Virus record (IMG/VR): IMGVR_UViG_3300025154_000073
Coordinates: 1-64,000 of that record
Source: a virus
Length of the DNA stretch: 64,000 nucleotides
Reading direction: 5' to 3' (one strand)
Shown here: one piece after another, positions 10,005 to 20,821 of the stretch
Numbering within the stretch: position 1 is the first letter of the stretch
How the letters are laid out: each line of letters begins with the position of its first letter
The notes under the pieces: model-generated
The model's database searches: none
What the model was told of the DNA's origin: nothing
The model's input: the letters and a program-made list of their open reading frames with translations, nothing else
Position numbers and translations under genes: made by a program

Positions 10005-11486
10005 ATGACAGAACCCAACAACGCCAATAACGGAAAAATCTATAATTTAAGAATGCCAGACCCAAATAATTCAAGAGTAGCTCATACCTCGCTTGTAACT
10101 GGCTCTATGAATTTTTTGTCGTCTACATTTATGAATGCCGGTGGATACGAAAGTCCTGGCATTACAGAACCCCTTGTATGGATTTCAGACGAGCCGGGCA
10201 CGAGGGAGGCGGCTGTATTAATAAGTAGTACGATTTTAGATGTAATTACGGTCTATACTGGAGTTACCGGAACCCCATCAATAACAAGAAGTAGCAGAAC
10301 CGATTTCACACTAACAGACACTCAAGGCGTGCAGTGGCTTGGCATAAAAAAGGTGGGAAATAATTACAATATATACTATGGAGAGATTCTAACTTCCGAT
10401 TCTGTGTATAGATTCAAGAAAATGGTCATAACTCCTGGAGTTGGAAGCGTGGACACCCTTATAGATGAGATTCCTCTGTCTCCAGAAAATGGGGCATGGG
10501 ATGTGGCTCAAGTCAAAAAGGTTGAAAATATTGGTCATGTCAGTTTGGTAAAGACCTACCCAAACAAAATTTATCCATATAGATTTGATATTTATATTTA
10601 TTCTATTGACATGGATACCGAAGTTATCTCTGGTGGTCTTACCTGGTCGTCTGGGGGAACGCCTACCCACTGGAAAAGCTACATGAAAGACTTTTCTTCA
10701 CAAAGTCTGGTTTCTGTAGTAGCCCTTACAGCTTCTATGGGAGTGCTACATTGGGCTACTCATTATGTGGACGACGCAAGTAATACGGTTGGCGGAACTC
10801 CATTAATATTTCATGTTGTCGCAGACGGTGTAGACACGATTACTTTAGACACCGTTTCAAACGATTGGATAGGAAGTTGGTCTGTTGATGGTTTCTCGAA
10901 AGTTTGTCAATACAATACAAAAGATTTCTTGTTGGTTTGCGAAGCTTCAAGAAACCCATCTAACGGTCTTACGCATAGAGACTTGATAGATACCAATGGA
11001 ACAGTCACAACAGAATTCGACCCAACCACCACCATCTACAATCCAACAAGTTCAAGATTGCTTCCGTTTATATCCGATTTCGCATTTCCTGCGGTTGCAT
11101 ATATTACCGGAACGTATCATAATATAGACATCTACACTGGACAACCAACCACTCAATTTTCAATAGCGGGGGTTACGTCAATATACAATATATTTCCTAA
11201 TTTAGATGCCTTTGACGGCTCAATCTATCTTAGTGTTAGAAAAGATGCGAAAGACAAGATCATAGGAGTGAATCCGTACACTATGGATATTACAAAAACA
11301 ATTGAGGTTACTCTTCCAAGCGCATCTACTTTAACAAGTAGTACCGTAAAGAATAGTTTCAATCACGGGAATTTTTTTGTTCGGTGGGGAATAGGCGGTT
11401 TCTCCGCGCTACAAGTGTATATATCTTATTTATTCAATCTGAAATCTGGATTGAATCAAGTCCAAATGATAATTGAGCAAAACTAA
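10005..11486 (+). CDS. Putative tail-associated protein
   Basis: 493 aa, S/T-rich beta-type sequence in tail operon. Confidence 0.5.
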   Translation: MTEPNNANNGKIYNLRMPDPNNSRVAHTSLVTGSMNFLSSTFMNAGGYESPGITEPLVWISDEPGTREAAVLISSTILDVITVYTGVTGTPSITRSSRTDFTLTDTQGVQWLGIKKVGNNYNIYYGEILTSDSVYRFKKMVITPGVGSVDTLIDEIPLSPENGAWDVAQVKKVENIGHVSLVKTYPNKIYPYRFDIYIYSIDMDTEVISGGLTWSSGGTPTHWKSYMKDFSSQSLVSVVALTASMGVLHWATHYVDDASNTVGGTPLIFHVVADGVDTITLDTVSNDWIGSWSVDGFSKVCQYNTKDFLLVCEASRNPSNGLTHRDLIDTNGTVTTEFDPTTTIYNPTSSRLLPFISDFAFPAVAYITGTYHNIDIYTGQPTTQFSIAGVTSIYNIFPNLDAFDGSIYLSVRKDAKDKIIGVNPYTMDITKTIEVTLPSASTLTSSTVKNSFNHGNFFVRWGIGGFSALQVYISYLFNLKSGLNQVQMIIEQN

Positions 11487-13639
11487 TGACTCGAAAATTA
11501 AGGAAATCTTTTTCGGAATTCGATAAGACCCTAGCCAAAGAACCAAACATTCTCTTTGGAGAACTTGGTATTCCTCTTGGGGGAAAACAAGTAGTAGAAG
11601 TTGTAACTCGCAATGGTTTTGTGTATGTTCGCCTACGAAGCAATACATCGGAAATAATTCAAGCCTTCAATGACAAGGTATCCCCCGCCTATGGACTTCC
11701 TGTACTTGTTGTCAGGGAGGGAAATCGCTATGTTATAAAAGGTAGAGATACCGAAAGATATTCAGATTGGGGAAATGATTCTCCCTATCTCCCTCGACAT
11801 GGAAACGCACACTCGTTCAATCCAGATGGAAGCGGAGGTGGGGATATGGTTTGGGTGTATGGGCAACAGATAATGCCCGCCCTGACTTTTCCGTCTGGCT
11901 CTTATGGTGCAGATAATGTATTGATTGCGTCCTATCCTCTAAAAAACCTGAACGGGGATTGGATGTATATTGGCAATACAGGAACTCCGTCTCTTACTCA
12001 ATACAATCCTGTGTCTGGGTCTGCTTTGATATTAATTAGCATTGACACCAATACAGGGAATCCTTATTTACAGGCAACCACTGGGACATACATCCCTGAG
12101 TCAATCACCAGCATACAGGGATTGATGCCCTATCTTCCAGATAATAATAGTCCCCAATACATGCCAGATTCATTTGTCAGATTGGGGAGTGGAACATCAG
12201 TAATTGATTGGGGCAATATTTATGATATTAGACAATTTATCCCAGTATTGTCCACAGGTACTTTTATTGCAGACGGGGCAATTACTCCCGTTAAATTAGC
12301 CAACGCTTCCGCCCAATACAAATATCTTGTAGCTGGCGCAACCCCGTTTGCATACGCCGAAAGCGTGGGGGCGTTGAACATCGCCAGCGGCAAGACGCTG
12401 GTTGTGTCAGAGAGCTTGACGCTGACTGCTGGGGCAGCGGGATATACACTGACAGTGCCAGGTACGGGTGTCGCATTAGTCAAGCCGACTGCGCTCACAG
12501 TTGGCTATATTCCGTTTGGGATTGCCGCAAATTTAGTTGGCGAGGATGCTGGATTATTTTGGGATAACACAAACAAAAGATTAGGAATTATTCAAGTCGC
12601 CCCCGTTGCCCCTCTGCATGTAGGCGATTCGACGGTTAATAATAGTGTTGACGCCCAGATATTAATTTCGCGTGCCGTAAATGATGATGTTGCCGGAAAT
12701 GGTCACGCATTTTCGGATTCATCCACCATCACTAGGTCTGGAACTATTGCCTACAATTCGTTTGACGGTAGAACTATATTTTCGGGAACAAATAACTACG
12801 ATCATTATGCTTTAATGCAAGCGGCGGTAACATACAATTCTTCCGGGACAATGACAAATTTGTATGGATTTATCAACGTCCCAGCCATTAGTGCCGGAAC
12901 AATAACAAATTCATACGGCATTAAGATCAATAATCCAACAGGTGCGGGAGCATTGACTAATAATTATGGGGTTTACGTAAGCGCTCTTACAAAGGGTGGG
13001 ACGCTAAACTATGCGATTTATACTGCGGGCGCTACGATAAGTTATTTTGGGGGCGCGGTAAGTTTTGCCGACACCACAGAGTCCACATCCGCATCTACTG
13101 GCGCATTAAAGGTATCAGGCGGCATAGGCGTGGCGAAGAATGTCTATATTGCTGGCAAACTCGGAGTAGGTGTAAATCCAAGTTATTATATAGACGGAGT
13201 TGTGCCGAGCGGGGCAAACAGAAGCATTCTACGATTGGGCGTATTGGGCGTAACCAATGGTTTAACCGTAGACTACACCAACACTGGCACGATAATCACG
13301 ATCCGAGGGGCTGACAGCCAACTTATAATAGGCGCACCAACTGGAGACGGAAAAGGGAAGGGGACGATTAACGCGCAGGCAGTTTATGATGATGGGGCGG
13401 GGCCGCTTACCGATTTTGTTTTTGAACCAGATTACAAAATGTTATCAATCTCGGAAATGACGAGGTATTATAATAAAGAAAAACATCTTCCAACCCTGCC
13501 TGGCATGGATGAATGGAAGGAAAAAAAGGGTTTATCTCTTGGTCAGATGTCAATAAATCTTTGGGAAACAATCGAAGTGCAGGCGAGATATATTACGGAA
13601 TTAAATCAAAGATTGGAAATTTTGGAGAAAGGAAATTAA
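11486..13639 (+). CDS. Tail fibre / receptor-binding protein
   Basis: G/S/T-rich repeats; C-terminal DFVFE..Y...HLP..P and coiled coil resembling fibre chaperone domains. Confidence 0.7.
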   Translation: MTRKLRKSFSEFDKTLAKEPNILFGELGIPLGGKQVVEVVTRNGFVYVRLRSNTSEIIQAFNDKVSPAYGLPVLVVREGNRYVIKGRDTERYSDWGNDSPYLPRHGNAHSFNPDGSGGGDMVWVYGQQIMPALTFPSGSYGADNVLIASYPLKNLNGDWMYIGNTGTPSLTQYNPVSGSALILISIDTNTGNPYLQATTGTYIPESITSIQGLMPYLPDNNSPQYMPDSFVRLGSGTSVIDWGNIYDIRQFIPVLSTGTFIADGAITPVKLANASAQYKYLVAGATPFAYAESVGALNIASGKTLVVSESLTLTAGAAGYTLTVPGTGVALVKPTALTVGYIPFGIAANLVGEDAGLFWDNTNKRLGIIQVAPVAPLHVGDSTVNNSVDAQILISRAVNDDVAGNGHAFSDSSTITRSGTIAYNSFDGRTIFSGTNNYDHYALMQAAVTYNSSGTMTNLYGFINVPAISAGTITNSYGIKINNPTGAGALTNNYGVYVSALTKGGTLNYAIYTAGATISYFGGAVSFADTTESTSASTGALKVSGGIGVAKNVYIAGKLGVGVNPSYYIDGVVPSGANRSILRLGVLGVTNGLTVDYTNTGTIITIRGADSQLIIGAPTGDGKGKGTINAQAVYDDGAGPLTDFVFEPDYKMLSISEMTRYYNKEKHLPTLPGMDEWKEKKGLSLGQMSINLWETIEVQARYITELNQRLEILEKGN

Positions 13640-13644
13640 ATAAA

Positions 13645-13863
13645 ATGGAAATCAGCAAAGAAGTTAAAATACAGATAATCGAGAACGAGATTGCCGCTCA
13701 TTTGAACGGACAGTATCTTTTAGAGATGCGCTATCGGGTGAGTAAAAAAATCGGTGCATCACCAGATGAATTGAAGGCAATCACGGACGAACTGACGAAG
13801 CTCGCCGCAAAACTTGACGAATGGGAGACGGTCAAGTCTGAATTGGAGAAGGAGTCAAAATGA
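13645..13863 (+). CDS. Small coiled-coil protein after the tail fibre
   Basis: ATG at 13645 after AAGGA RBS, in frame with ORF 13513-13863. Confidence 0.5.
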   Translation: MEISKEVKIQIIENEIAAHLNGQYLLEMRYRVSKKIGASPDELKAITDELTKLAAKLDEWETVKSELEKESK

Positions 13864-14834
13864 AAGTAACTAAAATAATTGCTGGCGCGATTGCAATAAT
13901 TCTCGCGCTTGTTGGCATAGGAGCAACCGCCGCGCAGTCTGATGTTCTCTGGCGCGGGGATGCGGAGACGGGTGATTTGTCTCAATGGGAAGTCCGCGCG
14001 CCGGGTCAAATCAGTGTCGTAACGAACCCTGTAGGACAAGGGAGATACGCGTACAAGTTTGTCCTGCCCGCCGATTTTGTTTCTCAAGGCGGAAAAGAGG
14101 CGGTATGGCTTTCTTCCAAGCCTTTCCATAGTGACGTAAGCGGCGAAGAAAAATACTATGGCTGGCAAGTGTTCATCCCAGCCGACTACCCCACCAACTC
14201 CGCATGGGCGCTTGTCATGCAGTTCAAAGGCGAGGGCACAGGTTCGCCGCCTGTTGCTTTGGGATATCGCAACAACTCGTGGAGTATAAATAATAATCCT
14301 GTTGCAGGAACTGGAAACAACGTAGTTCTTGCAAGGTTCGGAGCAACCAAAGGCAGATGGGAAAGATTTGTTTTCCATATCAAATGGTCTCCAGATCCAT
14401 CTGTGGGTTTTATTGAAGCCTGGCACAACGGAAATTTAATCTTACCACTGAAGCACGTTTCAACTATTCATCTAAGCGGCGGTAATCCGGTACAAAATTA
14501 TATTGATATGGGAATGTACCGCGATCCTAGTGTAAATGATACGGTAACTTTTTATCACGATGGGTTTATCGTGTGTAAAACCTATGTGTGTGCGGCGGGA
14601 GGACTACCCCCTGTTACTGGCGTTCCAACTCAGACAAATACTGCTCTGCCTATTACCAGAACGCCCACAGCAAGCCGTACACCTACACAGACACCTATTC
14701 CTTTTACGGTTACGCCCAGCCTGACTCCGCCTGTTGTGACTGCGACATTTACCCCAACAACCGCCCCGACATGCTTTGATGTATTCCGGTTTCGAAATGG
14801 TATTTATGAAAAGATAGGTAATATTTGCCCATGA
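13860..14834 (+). CDS. Secreted polysaccharide lyase-like protein with P/T-rich tail
   Basis: Signal peptide; W.GD.ETGDLSQW, YYGW..F.P, W..FV.H.KWS, G.YR motifs of polysaccharide lyase (heparin lyase I-like) family. Confidence 0.65.
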   Translation: MKVTKIIAGAIAIILALVGIGATAAQSDVLWRGDAETGDLSQWEVRAPGQISVVTNPVGQGRYAYKFVLPADFVSQGGKEAVWLSSKPFHSDVSGEEKYYGWQVFIPADYPTNSAWALVMQFKGEGTGSPPVALGYRNNSWSINNNPVAGTGNNVVLARFGATKGRWERFVFHIKWSPDPSVGFIEAWHNGNLILPLKHVSTIHLSGGNPVQNYIDMGMYRDPSVNDTVTFYHDGFIVCKTYVCAAGGLPPVTGVPTQTNTALPITRTPTASRTPTQTPIPFTVTPSLTPPVVTATFTPTTAPTCFDVFRFRNGIYEKIGNICP

Positions 14835-15006
14835 GCAACTTATACCAAGTTCTGCCCGACTATCTAATTCCCAATTTCTATCGCAGCGGACGAGAAGGAT
14901 TCCCTGTCTATCATCCTATTTGGTCATTAGGTGAATGCTTCCTGCCGATGGATATGTTAGTCAAGCTGGAAGATGATACAATTATTCCATCGCCTTACAA
15001 TCCCGC

Positions 15007-16755
15007 GTGAAGGTCAATATGCAAATAAAACAACCGCCAATATATGACGTAAGTCATTGGGAAGAAATCCCAGATTTTACAAAGGTCTCACCACGACCCG
15101 TTCTATTTATTACAAAAGCAACAGAAGGAATAACATATAAAGATGATAAATTTATTCGTTTCTTTGGTGGCATGAAACAAATAGGTGTGTTGCGTGGTGC
15201 GTATCATTTCTTCCGGCAGGCATATAATTCGGTTGCTCAGGCGAAGTTTTTTCTTGGCTTTGTGGGTCAATTTATCACTTATAAAGACTTGCTGATTTTG
15301 GATGTTGAAGAGGGTGGAGAGACGGCTCCCATGCTTCAAGACTGGCTGGAGTATGTTCGTACTGAGCGACCTAATAATCAAATCATTATATACAGTCGCA
15401 AGAACATCCTTGATAGTATTTTGATGACATCTACTCAAAGAGCTTATTTCAAAACGTTCTCTATTTGGACAGCTGGTTATCCATATTTTCCAGACCAATA
15501 CAGCACACCGCCCGCAAGTTATATTCCAGATCAGACACGTTTCGGGCCTGTTGTGCTGTGGCAATATTCAGATAAGGGGATTGTTTCAGGAATTCAAGGC
15601 TACGTGGATGTCAATTGGATTGACCCCGTTTTTCTTGAAAAGATGAACGGTTTACCTGACCCTCCTCCTCCCCCCACCGACGACACTATTTTATCCGAGC
15701 GCGAATACTTCCTTGGCGCAATTGAAAAAAGATGCGAAACTATCACAACACATGGAAAGGCAATATATAACCTAACCGAAATACTAACCGAAAAAGTAGA
15801 AAAGTTCTTTATCAGTCCACAATTGCAATCCCGCCAATATGTACCTAAGTTTTTAGAGGATTACGATCTGCACTTTGCAATAAATTGTGACGGGTGGACA
15901 ACGCCTCCATTAATCCCCACTGGCTATAACGCTTCAGAGGGTCATCCTTATGGAATTACAGGAAATGAAGAAACAGTTTATGTAAGCAAGGATAACACTT
16001 TCTCTCTTACCCGCCCCGCCTCTATCTGGAACGCCTTTTCGTTTCAAAACCGCCTGATAAAAGATGGCGTAATTCCTGTCATAAATAAGAGTGTTGATGA
16101 CATCCGTGCCCGCACAGCAATTGGGTATACACAAGATCAATCAAAGGTCTATCTAATCACAGTAGATGGTGGAGACCAGTACTCAAAAGAGGGCTTGAAC
16201 TTCCAAGAGACCGCCGCTATACTACTTAAATTAGGGTGCTATCAGGCATTTATGCTGGATGGCGGTGGCAGCACGGCAAAGGTGGTTGAAGATCACGGAG
16301 TAAAGGTTATTGGATTGACAAGTGGCGAGGATTTGGTTTTGCAGTATGGCGCACTTTTGCGCCGTGTATTGAACATTTTTGGATTACAAATGAAAGACGG
16401 GACGGTCGAACCGCCCACAGGAGAAACCATGACTCATAAAGTTTTAGTGGCAGTAAAACCGAGGATTGAACATAGCATGTATGCCAATAGCGCAAGCGTC
16501 AATCTGGCGGTTGGCACAGAGTTTGAAAGCACCATATCTTTTATCGTAAATGACCCGTCCCGCGTTGACAACGGCGTGACGTTCGTTCAGATAATCGGCG
16601 GAACGTATAACCAGTATTGGGTTCCCCTGATTTATAAATCAGTTGAATATGTCAAGGCTTTGGATGTGGTCGTTCCTCCTCCAACAACCGTCTGGCCCGA
16701 CAAATTGACAGCCCACTACGGAACCGAAACAAAGGACTACTTCCCCAATGCTTGA
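15007..16755 (+). CDS. Endolysin: GH25 muramidase fused to phosphodiester-glycosidase (NAGPA-like) domain
   Basis: DVSHW, KATEG, GAYHF, LDVE, LWQYS (GH25); RTAIG, TVDG, LDGGGS (phosphodiester glycosidase). Confidence 0.85.
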   Translation: MKVNMQIKQPPIYDVSHWEEIPDFTKVSPRPVLFITKATEGITYKDDKFIRFFGGMKQIGVLRGAYHFFRQAYNSVAQAKFFLGFVGQFITYKDLLILDVEEGGETAPMLQDWLEYVRTERPNNQIIIYSRKNILDSILMTSTQRAYFKTFSIWTAGYPYFPDQYSTPPASYIPDQTRFGPVVLWQYSDKGIVSGIQGYVDVNWIDPVFLEKMNGLPDPPPPPTDDTILSEREYFLGAIEKRCETITTHGKAIYNLTEILTEKVEKFFISPQLQSRQYVPKFLEDYDLHFAINCDGWTTPPLIPTGYNASEGHPYGITGNEETVYVSKDNTFSLTRPASIWNAFSFQNRLIKDGVIPVINKSVDDIRARTAIGYTQDQSKVYLITVDGGDQYSKEGLNFQETAAILLKLGCYQAFMLDGGGSTAKVVEDHGVKVIGLTSGEDLVLQYGALLRRVLNIFGLQMKDGTVEPPTGETMTHKVLVAVKPRIEHSMYANSASVNLAVGTEFESTISFIVNDPSRVDNGVTFVQIIGGTYNQYWVPLIYKSVEYVKALDVVVPPPTTVWPDKLTAHYGTETKDYFPNA

Positions 16756-17605
16756 TTCTATTGTTGCCTCACAAGGCGATAATACCAAGACCTATTCGCC
16801 TAAACGTGCTTTGCCTGACCCCGGAGTAGGCAAACGATGGGCGCGGGTAATAACTACGCCTGAGTACTGTAAAAAGAAAGGGCTACCCATCAGGAATATT
16901 CTCGAATATCCTTTGATGGTGGCAAAAAGTTTCTCGTCAATTCCTGACGTGTTTCAGCGTACCATCGCCAGTAAAGAAGAAAATCCTGTTACCCTGACCG
17001 AGCCTGTTCAACGGTGGGTGTATGCCCGCTTCAGGGAGTGCGCACCAAAGTGGCTGTCTGAGCTTGAACTATTGAAGGCGTGGCTGAATGCCTTTGAAAG
17101 CGCAAAGGCTTTTTGTAATGGTACGGGAGTCAACAAGATTGACGAGAATACTGGCGAGTACCTGTATGCCGATTTTATCGGTGGAACAGGACTGGATAAA
17201 AAAGGCTTCAAACTATGGGCTACAATTTGTCGCGGCGCGTTGGTCAAGGTATCGCAAGAGGCGTATTGGGGCGGAGAATGGCGAGTACAGATCGAGGTTA
17301 TGGATGTGTTTGATCCCGCCACCCTGACCAAGACATACAAAGGCAATGAGCATTTATTCACACCTGCGATTAGCTGGAATCGGATGTGGATCAATCCTAC
17401 AACAGCAAATCCGTATGGCACACCTGACCCCGCCATGCCTTATGGACGTGCAAATCCTTTTCCCCATTTCGGAGACGACAGAAGTACGATAGTGCCAATC
17501 CCTTTATTGGGGAAAGGCGTCAAAGTGAGTTATCTTCCGAGAGAGTGGATTGAATATCTAAATGCTGGAGACCCCTACCCTAATTTCTATTGGGAAAATT
17601 TCTAA
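16748..17605 (+). CDS. Hypothetical protein in lysis region
   Basis: 285-aa ORF overlapping the endolysin stop. Confidence 0.5.
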   Translation: MLDSIVASQGDNTKTYSPKRALPDPGVGKRWARVITTPEYCKKKGLPIRNILEYPLMVAKSFSSIPDVFQRTIASKEENPVTLTEPVQRWVYARFRECAPKWLSELELLKAWLNAFESAKAFCNGTGVNKIDENTGEYLYADFIGGTGLDKKGFKLWATICRGALVKVSQEAYWGGEWRVQIEVMDVFDPATLTKTYKGNEHLFTPAISWNRMWINPTTANPYGTPDPAMPYGRANPFPHFGDDRSTIVPIPLLGKGVKVSYLPREWIEYLNAGDPYPNFYWENF

Positions 17606-17628
17606 TTATGACGTAATAAGTCCCTCAT

Positions 17629-18030
17629 GTGAGGGATAAAATCTTGCTCGACTGGATAAAATTTATGAATATTGAATTGTTTCTACAAGAAAAGAGTTGG
17701 ATTGCATTGATTGTCTATATTCTCATAAAGGAAATATGGCCGTTTTTCCGCGACAAGATTTACCCGAGCAGGATGGCGGAAGAACATTTGATTCGAGAAC
17801 GGAGGGTTAAAATGGAGGAACGCGCTTTGAAAAACGATGAGCGTAATATTATCGCTTTTGAAAGCATGTCGCTGGCCGTTCAGCACATGACTCTGGCGCT
17901 TACCAGCAACAATGAGCGACTCTCAACATTGATAGCGGATCAAGCCAGACATGCGACCTTTATGTCGGATGCCATTGCTGATATGCGCGAAAAAGTTGCA
18001 GCAGGTCATGCGGACATAAATAAAAGATAG
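17629..18030 (+). CDS. Holin-like membrane protein
   Basis: Single N-terminal TM segment plus coiled coil, at end of late operon. Confidence 0.45.
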   Translation: MRDKILLDWIKFMNIELFLQEKSWIALIVYILIKEIWPFFRDKIYPSRMAEEHLIRERRVKMEERALKNDERNIIAFESMSLAVQHMTLALTSNNERLSTLIADQARHATFMSDAIADMREKVAAGHADINKR

Positions 18031-18060
18031 GGAACGCGCTAGTTCAGGCGTTCCCTATCT
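18025..18060. terminator. Hairpin terminator between convergent late and early arms
   Basis: AGATAGGGAACGC / GCGTTCCCTATCT 13-bp inverted repeat. Confidence 0.7.
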
Positions 18061-18109
18061 CTTCTCTAACCGGTCTTTTTTGAGTCTTTACGTCATGTTC
18101 ATAAAGTAA

Positions 18110-18994
18110 TTACTCCACATCCTGTATCAGTTGCAGGCGAACATGCCTGCTCTCTAGCCAAAAACGCAACCAAACACATCCCATAGGCTTTGGGGGTGCG
18201 CCGCGCTCCACATGCCAACCACCAGAACCATCGCCATAATCGTTTTTATAGGTTGCCGTTCTAACATGATATTGCATGTCTTGATATATAATTCCAGCGT
18301 CACTAAGTCTTTCACGGGGCATTGATAAGACCCACGACTCATGAATGTGGCCATTGACCACTATATCTGCGTCTGGCAAAAACACGGCTTGACGGTTTGA
18401 TTGAATAACGCCTTTTGTGACAGGCCCGCCGCCACCAGAACCATGAAAATATTTTAGATTTATGGTCTCTCTTTGTGTTCCGTTTATTGTGAAATGAAAT
18501 ATTACCCATCCCCCATACGCTCCCTTATTTACAATCCCCCCATCTTTTTGCATCCCCTTCACAAATAGGTCAATCAGGTTTACATCTGAGTTCTTGGCTA
18601 CGCTTACTTCGTGATTCCCCACCGCCTGCAACGCCCACAGGTCTCTATACGGTCTATAAAACTCTATTGCCTCATCAGTAATTACGTTGAAATATGACTC
18701 TCCCAATATCATTTTCTGAGCATATTCTTTTCTCATATCCGGATAGGATTTGCGAGGATCGTACCTCCCCTGCATTACATCAAATAAATCTCCAAAGTCC
18801 AATATATGAGCATTTCTTTCTTTTGCAAGTTCGAGATGTTTGAGTTCTAGTTGTCTGTTGTTTCCTGCGCTATCGTGGTGGGCATCTGAACGAAGCATAA
18901 ACCATTTTTCCCAACCCGCGCTAACCTCGAAATAGTTCGATAAAACATTGGGCGATTTCTTTTCAATCCTTATCGGTTTTGTTTTTTTCAACAT
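18110..18994 (-). CDS. Calcineurin-like metallophosphoesterase
   Basis: SDAHHD, GDLFD, GNHE, FHG, GHIH motifs. Confidence 0.85.
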   Translation of the reverse strand: MLKKTKPIRIEKKSPNVLSNYFEVSAGWEKWFMLRSDAHHDSAGNNRQLELKHLELAKERNAHILDFGDLFDVMQGRYDPRKSYPDMRKEYAQKMILGESYFNVITDEAIEFYRPYRDLWALQAVGNHEVSVAKNSDVNLIDLFVKGMQKDGGIVNKGAYGGWVIFHFTINGTQRETINLKYFHGSGGGGPVTKGVIQSNRQAVFLPDADIVVNGHIHESWVLSMPRERLSDAGIIYQDMQYHVRTATYKNDYGDGSGGWHVERGAPPKPMGCVWLRFWLESRHVRLQLIQDVE

Positions 18995-19066
18995 TCCTCA
19001 CATGACAATATGATATTTAGGTTAAATTATATCAGTAAACACGGTGTTTTCTTTACTTCGCCACAA

Positions 19067-19801
19067 CTATTGGCTTGCGTTACAAACTACGCCGCACTCG
19101 GTCTCAAGTTCTGACTTATAATTACCTGCGGACGGATCGAGTTCGTCAAGATATACATCTTTGTTTACACGAACGCCCATTTTGCGTTCTTGCTTGACCA
19201 TGCGCTCAAAGGATTCTGGGAAGTCAACGCGGATTTTATTCCAGTAACCTTTGCCGCCTTTTACGCACCCAATACAGTTATTGTTTTTATAGCCAAGTTT
19301 GTACATGGCTGGTAATTCAATGTCTGCTTGCATGAGCATATCGAGACAGGCTTGCTTATTCATGCCAGCGTCACGCAACGGAAACATAAGATAGAGTTCA
19401 GGATTATTACGCTCAAAGCGGGCAAGGCGGGCGAGTTCGTCTACGCCAAAACCAAACACATGCACATCACCAGCGACCTGATATTGTTCGCGGACATTGC
19501 GCTTTAGTTCTGTTGTGCAACGTGCGCCACCTGGACCAACAAGCCAACCTGTTTTGTCGAACACATCGAAAATATTCTTATACTTTTCGGAATTCAAGAT
19601 TTTAATTTCTTTGCCTATCCACTTTTCGACATCGGCAATAAATCGGCGGTTGTCTGGATGCTCAAAGGCTAAGGTATCGCAGTATAAAATCTCTGCGTCT
19701 GGATGCTGTTTGAGTGTGAGTTTTGCCGCACACGCCGAAGCTGCTCCGCATGAGAACCACACGAGGACACGACCGGCGGGCTGTTGAGGCAATCTAGTCA
19801 T
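19067..19801 (-). CDS. PAPS reductase-family (PP-loop) protein
   Basis: WFSCGAASA, CT.ELK, NNNCIGC, ECG..C motifs. Confidence 0.75.
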   Translation of the reverse strand: MTRLPQQPAGRVLVWFSCGAASACAAKLTLKQHPDAEILYCDTLAFEHPDNRRFIADVEKWIGKEIKILNSEKYKNIFDVFDKTGWLVGPGGARCTTELKRNVREQYQVAGDVHVFGFGVDELARLARFERNNPELYLMFPLRDAGMNKQACLDMLMQADIELPAMYKLGYKNNNCIGCVKGGKGYWNKIRVDFPESFERMVKQERKMGVRVNKDVYLDELDPSAGNYKSELETECGVVCNASQ

Positions 19802-20178
19802 CGTGCTTTATCCTTTGCAATCCAGATTGTTTCGTCTGGTGTCATAAGCAAGGTTGAGATTTGGAAAGTTTCATCTAAAATTTTAATTGCCAAGTCTTTT
19901 GCTCTCTCTAAAATCTTTTCTTGTGTTTCAGGAAAACGAGGATAGTTTATAAACCCAACAACAAATCCAACTTCTTCGCCACCTAAAAATATAAACTTTG
20001 TTGGATCGAGCGTTACACACAGACCGCCAAGCAGACATTCACGACGAATAACCTGTGAGGCGGCTTCAATTGAGCCGGACTGATAAATTTTTACCCAATA
20101 TGTTTTTTCCTTAATCTCATTCATGTTTGCCAGTCTCCTCAAGTTTTCCGTGTTAGAAGTTGCACTCATAGTAAACAC
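19798..20178 (-). CDS. Hypothetical protein
   Basis: GGEE.GF.VG.INYPRFP motif seen in small phage proteins. Confidence 0.55.
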   Translation of the reverse strand: MFTMSATSNTENLRRLANMNEIKEKTYWVKIYQSGSIEAASQVIRRECLLGGLCVTLDPTKFIFLGGEEVGFVVGFINYPRFPETQEKILERAKDLAIKILDETFQISTLLMTPDETIWIAKDKAR

Positions 20179-20821
20179 CCTTACTTCCCCATCGGAAGTT
20201 TGCCGTACCTAGTCCAGTAGTATTCGCGCACTTCCTGGATCACAAAGAACAAAACCCACGCAACGGGGACGATCAGAACCCACAAAAGTTTCTTCATCTC
20301 TTCCTCAACCTGACACCTGTCCAGGGAAAACTCATCTTGAAAGTTTCAATCTCAGGATTACGGCATAATTTTGTAAACATTCTGCCATCTTTGTTAGTTT
20401 CAACATCAAAACACGAAAACTTCCCAGCCTCTAAGACTGCCGCCTTGATATTTTCATAGGTGCGCTTCTTGCCACGCAAATCAGATATGGTATCAAATCT
20501 ACATAAAAATATTTGTTTCATCCCTTCCTCATGTCATAGCCAAGTGAGCAAACTGTATTAATTTCTTGTTTTTGCATACCCTTCTGCAAAGCCCTCATTT
20601 TGGCGGCAATTTCTTTACACTTACGCACACCAGCTTGATAAGCCCGAAGATCAATACGATTCATTCCTTGATGATAGTGCAAATCTTTTCGTAACTCCTT
20701 GATAAGAGTTTTATTTCTCTTCATCTCTCCCCCAATTCATCGTCAATCCTTGCCGCAAGAGCGCACATTGCCCACGCCATAAAGAAAGCAAATATCATAG
20801 GTATCAAACAGATTAGCCACA

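Noticed and set aside
19058-19082. GTAACGCAAGCC-AATA-GTTGTGG attC-like remnant at end of the PAPS-reductase gene
   Set aside because: Spacing is wrong and there is no nearby matching left arm; too degenerate to call
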